From: an uncultured Spirochaetota bacterium
GTDB lineage: Bacteria; Spirochaetota; Brevinematia; Brevinematales; JAOACQ01
Direction of reading: 5' to 3'
Length of the DNA stretch: 64,000 nt
Assembly: GCA_963783575.1 (NCBI GenBank)
Contig: CAWAOD010000004.1
Span: 1 to 64,000 of the forward strand
The position numbers and the translations under genes were made by a program. The notes beneath the pieces were generated by a model that saw only the letters and a list, made by a program, of their open reading frames with translations, did not search any database and was not told the DNA's origin. The stretch's first letter is position 1. The number at the start of each line of letters is the position of its first letter. Below are positions 18,936 through 28,050 of the stretch, one piece after another.

Positions 18936-20482
18936 TGCCGGCCCCCAATGGAACTACAGAGTCTCTGGTATTTCCCGATGTCTGATTTGGCTACTTCCAG
19001 ATAGTGTTCAGGATTCATAAGTGGCCTGACTATCTTTTCTACATTCATAGGTATTTCTAAATGTTCTATTTTCAGACAGTTCCGGTAATTATCCCATAAA
19101 TCCTTCATTGAGTAACTATCATTATCCAGACAGTTTGAGATCGCTTGTGTCAGCTTATCTGTATCAATTATCTTGTCCCTGAAGTATTTTCTTCCGGAAA
19201 GACATTGGTCCCTTACATAACGATTGAACTTCCTGAAATTACATTCAAGAAAATCCTTCCAGCCGGGAATATCAAAGTACCCGCTTACTTCTTCTTTCAA
19301 TAACTGCACAGTCTTTCCCATTTCCCGGATCATTGCCCTGTTGGTTACAATCTGCCCCGGAATCACTGAAAGCCGGTATTCGGCGATTTGCTCACCCGTA
19401 ATCCTGTCAAAGACAAAAAGCAGGCTGTCAGTTTTGTAAATGTCAACCGAACCGTTCCTGTATTTTTCAGGTATATCATACTGGCTTGTGCCCACAGCGA
19501 TCCGGCATTTGTCACTCACACTGCGAGCTTCCCTTGCACCGATCCTGTCCTTACGGAATATAGAATTCCTGACCGGCCGGAGATATGGCCTTTCCGTTTC
19601 AATCTCTATCAGCGGTATTTTCATGGTTGCCTGGGATATTCTCCCGTTGGCTTTTCTTTCCAGCCATTTCAACAGGCTTTCATCTGCTTCCAATAAACTG
19701 TTGAACTCCCTGACCGCAAAAAAACTATACTTGATGAATTTGGCCACATTTTCGATCTTTCCCTTGCTTTCCGGGTCTGAAGGCCGGCATACATACAATT
19801 TAAGACCCATTTCATCTTTGAAATACTGAAAGTCTTTCGTGTAGATGATATCGCCGGAGTTCTCACTCACAACCATCGTGCAGTCCTGATCGATGACAAG
19901 TTCCTGCGGTATCCCGCTCATATATGCGAAACAGTCCAATAGATGATTGATCAGGTCTTCTGTCCGGAATGGCCTCTCCTGGAGGGCCGCATACTTAAAA
20001 CGACTGGCGGATAACACCGCGGCAAATATGTAATACCTTCTGCCATATCTGTCGGTATATTGACCGAAATCAAGCTGGAGCTGCTTTCCATATGGCATGT
20101 CCGGCACTTTTGTGTAATACCGGCGCTTTTCATTCAAGGTAAGCTGCCCGCTTTCAATCAGGTAATGTACGAAATTCCTCATCGTATTTTCATTCGCCGG
20201 AAGTTTGCCTTTTACCTCCAATAAATAGTCATACAAAGCAGACATATTCAGCCGGATGTAATCATTCTTTGCATATACTTTCAATATGTCTGTTTTTATT
20301 CCTTCGAATTCTTTTTCACGGAAAGAGAATTCCATCAGGCTTTTCTGGTATTCGGAATCGTTCATAGCCCAATATTTTCGGACTGTCTTAATATCTATTG
20401 ACAGTTCCCGGGATACACCATTTTTACTTTTCCCCAAAAGTTTCAGTTTTTTTATGTCCTGATACATAATATTTTTCACCAT
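18929..20482 (-). CDS. istA: IS21 transposase IstA
   Basis: QLDFG, PQELVID, PESKGKIE. Confidence 0.94.
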   Translation of the reverse strand: MVKNIMYQDIKKLKLLGKSKNGVSRELSIDIKTVRKYWAMNDSEYQKSLMEFSFREKEFEGIKTDILKVYAKNDYIRLNMSALYDYLLEVKGKLPANENTMRNFVHYLIESGQLTLNEKRRYYTKVPDMPYGKQLQLDFGQYTDRYGRRYYIFAAVLSASRFKYAALQERPFRTEDLINHLLDCFAYMSGIPQELVIDQDCTMVVSENSGDIIYTKDFQYFKDEMGLKLYVCRPSDPESKGKIENVAKFIKYSFFAVREFNSLLEADESLLKWLERKANGRISQATMKIPLIEIETERPYLRPVRNSIFRKDRIGAREARSVSDKCRIAVGTSQYDIPEKYRNGSVDIYKTDSLLFVFDRITGEQIAEYRLSVIPGQIVTNRAMIREMGKTVQLLKEEVSGYFDIPGWKDFLECNFRKFNRYVRDQCLSGRKYFRDKIIDTDKLTQAISNCLDNDSYSMKDLWDNYRNCLKIEHLEIPMNVEKIVRPLMNPEHYLEVAKSDIGKYQRLCSSIGGRQC

Positions 20483-20762
20483 TCCTGCCTTCCTTTAATG
20501 AATTTTCATTAAAGGTAATCTTCAAGCCTCTCTATGGGAAATCTGTTTGTGACAGGTATGGGAATTTCATTTATTGCTACCCTGGTAAATTAGTTTATCA
20601 TTTCCAAAATGTGCCGAAGGCCAAAGGGGCGACAAAGCGCTTACACTGGGTTGTACGCCGTTGCTTGTCGATTATTAAATAATTTTTACCACTAACCACG
20701 ATGGGGAGTTGATAATTGACTATTCATTCAAATTTGAATACATTATATTAAGGAGGATGATT

Positions 20763-21227
20763 ATGTCAATAATTGTTGATTTCAAAAAAGTATCCAAGGT
20801 TGGTCTAGAATCTTCCCCTGTATCAGAAGCGCTTGCCGGTTTGCGCGCTAATGAATCCCGATTCTTAAAGAACAAATTCAATCATGATTTTTCAGTAAAA
20901 GCTGCAAGCGAAAGCCAAGACACTTTAGACTATGTAAACCGAATTCTGAAAAACGAAAGAGATATTGAGATCGTTTCAAAACCTCTTGAGACCTCATTAT
21001 TTCAAGTGGGGAACATCAAATATGCTTATGTTTTCTATGAGAATGGCCTTGGGATAAACGTTATGTATACGATTGATGATCCCAAGAAGCGAGCTGTAGG
21101 TTTTAAACTTTCAGAAGGGATGGAAGTACCAAAAGAATTAGAAGGAAAATTTAGGTTTGCAAGGCAAAAGTCTAAACTGGCTGGAGCTATTCGTGGTTCA
21201 TTTTTAGTGATTAAGGGAGATTATTAG
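20763..21227 (+). CDS. Conserved hypothetical protein, inverted inside cassette B3 (20650-21355)
   Basis: AGGAGG RBS, own TTGACT-17-TACATT promoter; 154 aa with LAGLRANE and KRAVGFKLS motifs. Confidence 0.75.
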   Translation: MSIIVDFKKVSKVGLESSPVSEALAGLRANESRFLKNKFNHDFSVKAASESQDTLDYVNRILKNERDIEIVSKPLETSLFQVGNIKYAYVFYENGLGINVMYTIDDPKKRAVGFKLSEGMEVPKELEGKFRFARQKSKLAGAIRGSFLVIKGDY

Positions 21228-21348
21228 GATTGGTATGATCTATAGAATATTTAACAGATTATAACTCACAAATAATAAATCAATTATCCACACTAATTCT
21301 TCAGATGTCGGATTAAAGAAAAATATAAATTTCTGGTTGAGCAAAGAC

Positions 21349-21594
21349 GTACAACGTTGCAGCCATAAGAATCCCACAAGCCTTAGAGCTAGCCCCGCGC
21401 GCTTAGGCTTGCAAATGTGGTGAGCCCGTAAACAATGATTTCTATTTTATTAATCATCATAGTCAATTTGAACTCCTTCCTCTTTATCAAAAAGTAAATA
21501 CGGGCGAACCCGAGGAGCGCAGGAAAAACTTTTTCTTCTTCTCCGTTATGCCCCGAAAAGTTTTTTCGAGCACCGAAGAGTTATAGCCGCGGTT
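21349..21594 (-). repeat. Long attC-like site (about 250 bp), copy 1
   Basis: Highly similar to 25734-25985; AAC...tatagccgcgGTT ends. Confidence 0.82.
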
Positions 21595-23285
21595 GAGCCT
21601 GTAGAAAAAGTCCGTCATTCATGTACAGAATATCGTATATACTTTAAAATATATTGGAAATAAAATCAAGAGGTAAAAGCAATTATGGCAAGATATAAGA
21701 AAGTTAATTACGATCAAATGGAACTCATTCCTGTATCATTCGACGAGCAGATAATTCCCGGAACCTTCGAATATACATTGAGCTTTCTTGTCGACAATAA
21801 AATTGATCTTAAAATCTTTGAGAATAAGTATAAGAACGACGCTACCGGTGCCCCGGCTTATAATCCGTGGGTTATGCTGAAGATAATACTCTACAGCTAT
21901 TCCCGCGGTATTTTTACATCACGTGAAATCGAGTATTTGTGTAAAACGAATATTATAGCCAAAGCCCTTTCTGCCAATTCAATACCGCACTTTACTTCCA
22001 TCGCCGATTTTGTATCATCGATGAAAAATGAGATAAATAACGTTTTCCTGAATATATTAATGGTTTGTGACGAACTGAACCTCATAGGCGGTGACATGTT
22101 CGCGCTGGACGGGTGTAAATTATCATCGAATGCATCGAAGGAATGGAGCGGAACATTTAAGGATTTGAGGAAGAAAAAAAGAGAAGCTGGAAAACCTGGT
22201 TAAGGAAATGCTTGATGAACATGAAAAGCGTGATCAGGATGGCGGTTTTCCTGAGAAGAAGAAGGAAAAGGATCTTGCAAGAATTGAAAAAATTTTAAAG
22301 AAAGCGGAAAAGATAGAAAAGTTTCTGGAAAGTGAAAAACCCAAAGACAAGGCACGGCATGGCGAAAAACAGTCCAATGTCACTGACAACGAGAGTGCGA
22401 AAATAAAGAGTTCACATGGTGTTATCCAGGGCTACAACGGACTTTCTGTAGTGGATTCGAAATATCAGGTTGTGGTATATCCGGAAGCTTTCGGCAGCGG
22501 GTCGGAAGGAGAATTCCTAAAAGGCATGGTCCGTAAAACAAAAGTAATGATGGGAAATCTGGGAAAAGATATAAGCGGTGGGATAGTTCTGGCGGACACC
22601 AATTATTTCAGTGCCCTGTGATACCGGATAATCATTTCCGTAAGCGGGATGCACGTTTCAGGGATATGGACAGGTTCAAACCTGCAAAGAAAGGACAATA
22701 TACAATTGATGATTTTCAATATGATCCGGAAAATAATGTTTATATATGCAAAAAAGGAGAGGAACTCAGGTTCAGATATAACCATACTGTTAATCATATT
22801 ACATACGCGAAATATATCTGCCGGTTATCGGCCTGCCGTAATTGTCCGTTCCGGAAAGACTGCTTAAAAAAGGAGACGACAAAATACCGCACATTGCAAA
22901 GGCCGTTAAATGCAGATAACAGACATTACTCGGATGAGATGAAAAAGTTCATAGACAAACCTGAAGGCAGAAAGCTTTATGCGAAAAGAATGGCTATAGT
23001 TGAGCCTGTATTCGGTAATATCAGGGCATGTAAAGGTATGGATCGATTTACGTTGAGGGGAAAGGGAAAAGTGAATATTCAATGGGTATTATATAATACT
23101 GTGCACAATATCGGGAAAATTCAGGTCTATGGAGGTATATAATGGCATAGTGATGGAATAAAAACAGTTTTGCCGGTAAATTCAGCCCGGTTTTATAAAA
23201 ATAAAGTAATTCCAGACAGATCAAAAAAAACAAACTGTTTGGGAATGTAGGATTATTACCTGAAATTAACTTTTTCTACATGGCC
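21595..23285 (+). mobile_element. IS1182-family element inserted at the GTT core
   Basis: IR tgtagaaaaagt/actttttctaca; GTT(G) duplicated on both sides. Confidence 0.88.
21685..23142 (+). pseudogene. IS1182 transposase in three pieces
   Basis: MLKIILYSY/LDGCK, GYNG/ADTNY and VEPVFGNI motifs split across ORFs 21685, 22208 and 22618. Confidence 0.88.
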
Positions 23286-23701
23286 GTTGTACGAAGGGCA
23301 CGACATATTATAAAAACCGCCACGGACGGCGGATATTAATTTATATGCTATAAAATTATTCTAATGAATTATTATTAATTACAAAATTATTTAGAATTTG
23401 TAATAGACTTTTTTGACCACAAAATTGTATTCCTTTTTTTAGGTAATATAAATGATAACCTGGTTTAACTAACTTACTGAATACTAGGAAATAAAGGTCT
23501 TGTTTAGAATAAAATTTGATTAATTCATTAAAAACTTCTGAATATAATTTAAAATAACCAATTTCACATAAAGCGCATAAAGAATAGATTGCTTTATTAG
23601 ATAAAGAATTTGTTATTTTGTCAGTAATTTCATTTTGAACATCATTATAAGATTCTTTTTCGAATCTATTAACAAAGTCTAAATATAATATTAAATAATT
23701 A

Positions 23702-25565
23702 GTGCCTGAACGGAAACTCCAATTTTAAAAAATTTCTAAATCAAAAGCTCAGTTATGCTATTTTCCTGATTACAAAAATTTTTCCTGAAACAAAACTTAT
23801 TAAATACTTTGCACCGTATCTAAGAATTAATACAAAAAAAACCAAAATATAACATTTTAAAAGCTTATGGGCAGACTATACCCTTAGATATCAAATTAGC
23901 CGGAAAATCTATGCTGCCTTCATAATTTTCTTTTTTCCCGGGAGGCGTGCCTCTCTTTCCTGCCTCTTTATCTCTTTCTGCACAAGGATATGTCCCATAA
24001 TCTGAATGTTCCTGGCGACAAAAGACAAACTGACATACCTCTTAAACCCAACTATTCCATGGTCAAGGCATCTGTCCAAACCATGATTTTCCATGGCGCT
24101 GATCCCTGACTCCACAGCTCTATGTGCCCGTTTTGCCACCCGGTACTCCTCTGTTTTTTCCCGCTCCTTTTCATCAATCGTTAGCTTGCCTTTCCTTGTC
24201 ATAATCAGTTTATCCACCATTTTTCCCAGTTTGCTCTTGTTTTCAGGACTGTAAAATCCTTTATCATAGCTCACCTGTCTGATGTTATTAAATACAGAAA
24301 TAGTTTCTTCCATAATACTAACTGCCACCGCTTCGTCAGTCTTCTTTTCCATAACCATGTGATTAAGCATAAAACCAAACTGATCCTGCACCACACAAAC
24401 CCGGACTCCAAGTTCCTGTGGTACTCCGGCTTTTCCTTTACTGATCCACTCTGTATGAGGCTCGAAAATCGAAAATATTTTCTCTTCGTGATGGATAACC
24501 TCACCTTTCAGTACCCGTCTGTTGACTTGATCCATCAGCTTTAGAGCCAGCCTAATATAATGTTCTAATGTCATTTCCAATGGTATATTTGTAACCATCT
24601 TTAGAGAATCTGTTACTTTCAAGAGAATATTTTCGATATCCTTGAGATAATTCCTGTATTCCTTTTTTATCCGTTTGTCACTTTTACCTATCTTTACTTG
24701 ATCTTTTGAAGTCGATCGTTTCAGCCTTTGTATGCTCATAACTTTTTTTTTAAGCTTCCCGATAGTATGTTTCCCCTGGCGAAAACCTGTTAGACCTGCA
24801 TTTTTAAAGAATCCGACTATACCTGTAATTACCTTTCTCATGGCATCAAACAGAAGACTGATATCTGTCGGGAAATGAACGTCTGTTTCAACAACAAAGG
24901 AATCAACCTTCACTTTTAAACCTTTTTTTGCTTTTTCCCCAATAAGATCGTGGCCGGCTTTAACAACCACTTCATTAATCTTTGATAGTATTTCAGGAGT
25001 GAATAGAGAAATGTTCTCCCTGAGTGTCTGCAAAGCATATCTATCGACAGTAAACTCAGTTTTGCCAAGCATCTGCCTTATAGCTTTGTGATTATTCGCC
25101 TGATCCTGGAGTTTGTCATAGTCCCAGTTGCAATTCAATCGCAGCATTCCCATCACAAAGATTTCCCATATACTCATCCCCTTTCTTCCGATTCTTTTCT
25201 TTTTTTTATCTGGTATCATTTCCTCAAATATCTTGAATATTTTGTCCTTGATTTCAGGATTGCAATATATATATTTCAGGCCCATAAGCAGCTTTGGAAC
25301 CTCGTCACGGCAAGTTAAATCAATCACTATTTCACTGATATCAACTTCACCGATCTTTTTCTGTACTTCTTCGTTTTGTCTCATAAATTTTTCCTCGAAG
25401 ATTTAAAAAATTATATTTTTGTCGGGTTGATGCATGTCCATATCTGATAATATATTATAGCATTTTTATTCGGTTTTGTATTGCTTTTTTATTCAAATCT
25501 TCAATTTTATTTTATGCCATAATTCCCTTGCTAGTACTGCATTATCTGTATTTCCGTTCAGACAC
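23702..25565 (-). mobile_element. IS5-like/ISNCY insertion sequence
   Basis: IR gtgYctgaacggaaa; 6-bp direct repeat TAATTA. Confidence 0.88.
23909..25384 (-). CDS. DDE transposase (IS5-like/ISNCY)
   Basis: VDSFVVETDVHFPTD, YDKGFYS, RAVESGIS. Confidence 0.9.
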   Translation of the reverse strand: MRQNEEVQKKIGEVDISEIVIDLTCRDEVPKLLMGLKYIYCNPEIKDKIFKIFEEMIPDKKKKRIGRKGMSIWEIFVMGMLRLNCNWDYDKLQDQANNHKAIRQMLGKTEFTVDRYALQTLRENISLFTPEILSKINEVVVKAGHDLIGEKAKKGLKVKVDSFVVETDVHFPTDISLLFDAMRKVITGIVGFFKNAGLTGFRQGKHTIGKLKKKVMSIQRLKRSTSKDQVKIGKSDKRIKKEYRNYLKDIENILLKVTDSLKMVTNIPLEMTLEHYIRLALKLMDQVNRRVLKGEVIHHEEKIFSIFEPHTEWISKGKAGVPQELGVRVCVVQDQFGFMLNHMVMEKKTDEAVAVSIMEETISVFNNIRQVSYDKGFYSPENKSKLGKMVDKLIMTRKGKLTIDEKEREKTEEYRVAKRAHRAVESGISAMENHGLDRCLDHGIVGFKRYVSLSFVARNIQIMGHILVQKEIKRQEREARLPGKKKIMKAA

Positions 25566-25733
25566 TAATTAATTGAACTTGCTGAACCTTCATTGATATT
25601 AACATGAACAGAACTTCGGGCTTGTACTACTATACCGTCAGAGACTTCTATTTCTAACATAATCACCTCTCTATGATTTTTCAATCAAAAATATTTTCAG
25701 TTAACTTGTTTTAATTAACCCAGCAACGATTGC

Positions 25734-25985
25734 GTTTAACGGTGCGGCTATACGACATTTGCAAGCCTTAGCACCAGCCCCGCGCGCTTAGGCTTGCAAA
25801 TGTGGTGAGCCCGTAAACAATGATTTCTATTTTATTAATCATCATAGTAAATTTGAACTCCTTCCTCTTTATCAAAAAGTAAATACGGACGAACCCGAGG
25901 AGCGCAGGAAAAACTTTTCTCTTTCTCCTCCGTTACGCCCTGAAAAGTTTTTTCGAGCACCGGAGTGATATAGCCGCGGTTAAGT
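25734..25985 (-). repeat. Long attC-like site (252 bp), copy 2, intact
   Basis: Minus strand ACTTAAC (RYYYAAC) ... GTTAAAC (GTTRRRY); terminal stem aaccgcggctata/tatagccgcaccgtt; internal hairpins. Confidence 0.85.
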
Positions 25986-26846
25986 GAAGTGTTTGCCATG
26001 TATTCTAAACATTTTTGTATCAATAATAAACTCAAATCCAGTTACTTTCAACCAGCTATTAATGCCTGTAATTAGCACAAAAATGATTTCAATATAATAA
26101 GATAATAATTTAGTATTTATTTTATAATATTTAAGACATTTTACTAAGTTATATTTGGGTATATCTCCAAAATCATCAACAATAAATTCATCTTTTGACA
26201 AATGTTTTAATAAAATATATCGATCAGGAAATTCTTTATTTTCTGGATTCATATCTTTTCCACTTTCTAATTTATAACCTTGTGCAACTTCATGTGTGTC
26301 GATATACAATTCATTTATTTTTTGTGCAGAATCAAGTTCTCTCAAACATTTTAAAACACTTATTATAGCAATAATTTGTTCATCTTCCATTTTTTCAAGA
26401 ATAAATGGATTTTTTAATAATTCTTGCAAAGCTTTTTCACTTATCTCCCAATGCTTAAAAACTTGAAAACCTAGATATTTGTTAGTACTAAGTTGATTTT
26501 CTAATATTTCTTTCTTTAATGAAAGAAAATTATTGATAGCTTTACTTGAGAATTCTTTCTTTTCTAATGAATACACGATTTTTTGAAGTTGATTTAATAC
26601 TGAAAGAAATTCACGATCTACAAGCATTTTAGCATAATCAATAATTTCTTTATTCAATTTTTTATGAGAGAACGATTTTACTGTTTCATAAAAAAAATAT
26701 AGTAAAGGTATAGCAATAAAAGCTGTAGCAATGTTAATAATTAAATCATGTAATTTTATATTAAGAGAAGATAGAAAATATAATATAAAACCAATAATTA
26801 AAGCAACAAGATATGGCAATGTTTTTAATAATATTTTTTTAAACAT
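25980..26846 (-). CDS. Hypothetical protein with two N-terminal TM helices; first cassette (B1) of array B
   Basis: 288 aa from ATG 26846; stop TAA lies within the R'' site; very AT-rich. Confidence 0.75.
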   Translation of the reverse strand: MFKKILLKTLPYLVALIIGFILYFLSSLNIKLHDLIINIATAFIAIPLLYFFYETVKSFSHKKLNKEIIDYAKMLVDREFLSVLNQLQKIVYSLEKKEFSSKAINNFLSLKKEILENQLSTNKYLGFQVFKHWEISEKALQELLKNPFILEKMEDEQIIAIISVLKCLRELDSAQKINELYIDTHEVAQGYKLESGKDMNPENKEFPDRYILLKHLSKDEFIVDDFGDIPKYNLVKCLKYYKINTKLLSYYIEIIFVLITGINSWLKVTGFEFIIDTKMFRIHGKHFT

Positions 26847-26883
26847 TAATTTATTCCTATTAATAAAAAACGGCAAACATTTC

Positions 26884-26925
26884 ACTTAACTCGATATATA
26901 CGAAGTTTACTTCGTATATTACCCC
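26884..26925 (-). promoter_or_regulatory. attI-like site of array B
   Basis: GTTAAGT core next to palindrome atatacgaagt-tt-acttcgtatat; homologous to 7083-7116. Confidence 0.55.
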
Positions 26926-27209
26926 TAAAAACCTGTTTTTTACGAAGTAATTAATAAATATTGTTTATAAAAAATCAGCGGACTTTGTATATCCATAATT
27001 GCTTTATTACTAACATAAGTGTAAATCTCTGTATTTTTAATGCTTTTAAACAATAGTTCTTATTATATCGTAAATCAGTTTTGTAATTTAAACATTATAT
27101 TATAACATAGTTGATCCGGAATAGTATCACCCATAAGGGGGGATATGGATAATCAAACTTTTAATGATTATAATGTTATACAATTATTAAACCGCAAAAA
27201 CACTTAAAT

Positions 27210-27266
27210 TCTTCCGGTCAACGGACATAAATATTTTTAGCATTTTAATTTAATGAGTGTCAAGAA
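27210..27266 (-). promoter_or_regulatory. Conserved leader and promoter of array B
   Basis: TTGACA (27263-27258), 18 bp, TGcTAAAAA; tcttccggtcaacgga box shared with 7183. Confidence 0.65.
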
Positions 27267-27432
27267 TCATTTTATAAACAGACATAACCTCTCTTCCACC
27301 AACAGGTGACTTTTGTAAATATTCAGAACAACCAGTCAATAACCAAAAAGAACCGGTGAATATAAGTTAATATTGAGCATAAAAGAATTGTTTTAATTAG
27401 GAGTGAAGCCAAGTAACAATGGGAGCAAGGAC

Positions 27433-27581
27433 GGGTTCACTGAAAAATGAGTTAAAATTTGAAAACTATAACCAACCGTTTCTAATTGCATTTATAACTC
27501 ATTGTTATAAAATAGGATAGGACACTAATAAAATACTGTTTATTAAACATTTTAAGATTTATGCTGATTTTCAATGAACCC
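27433..27581. mobile_element. 149-bp MITE, copy 2
   Basis: Near-identical to 11187-11335; flanks AAGGAC/AAGTAC. Confidence 0.88.
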
Positions 27582-27620
27582 AAGTACGCTCATTGAGTCA
27601 ACCCTATAATCACATAGCCA

Positions 27621-27894
27621 GCCGAACGTTAGTTCGGCACCGCAACGGTTGCGCAAAGATTCACGAGATAGTAAAGCAGAGATGAAGTGTCCTTTTTGAG
27701 AGCGAATTGGAGGAGCGCCAAGCCGATCTGTACGGAATAAAATTCCGTTTGAAACACGGATGTGAGTTAAAGGCGGGCAAAACCAAGTAACATAGGGAAC
27801 AGACTGTTCCATGAAATCTACTTTAGCACATCAACTGTGGCGAACTCCGTTCGCCAAACGCAACGATTGCGCAAATGACCCGCCCCTTGGGCGG
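27621..27894. repeat. Two copies of a multi-hairpin intergenic repeat
   Basis: gccgaac..gttcggc plus cgcaacgRttgcgcaaa (plus ccgccc..gggcgg); recurs at 63894-63969. Confidence 0.6.
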
Positions 27895-28050
27895 CACTTT
27901 CCTGATGGTCTTAGGAAGAAAGGAAGTATTACTCCCTTTTTTATAAAAGAGAACAGTATACAAATGATTGAGTTTATCCCCGGATTGATGTATAATATTA
28001 CCTAAAATTTTCTTTAAGTCATTAAATAAGATTTTATTGAGGAGCACTTT

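Larger units (their letters stand above)
18071..20606 (-). mobile_element. IS21-family element
   Basis: TGGAAATG...CATTTCCA ends, repeated TTTCCCATA subterminal boxes, 5-bp direct repeat AAATG. Confidence 0.92.
17977..20656 (-). repeat. attC-like site (about 140 bp when rejoined) interrupted by IS21
   Basis: GTACAAC-gtgaagtgtaa (17977) pairs with ttacactgg-GTTGTAC (20650-20656). Confidence 0.78.
23356..25660 (-). pseudogene. 144-aa hypothetical cassette gene (cassette B2) split by an IS
   Basis: Joining 25660-25566 to 23695-23356 gives an open frame MLEIEVSDG...NNNSLE*, with AGAGGT RBS. Confidence 0.8.

Noticed and set aside
22165..22185. Programmed frameshift in the IS1182 transposase A-run
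   Set aside because: IS1182 transposases are normally single ORFs, and a second disruption near 22618 indicates decay.
25835..26035. 66-aa ORF
   Set aside because: Runs through the long attC repeat; no RBS or family signal.
27552..28047. Three short ORFs upstream of tkt
   Set aside because: They overlap the MITE and hairpin repeats and show no coding signature.
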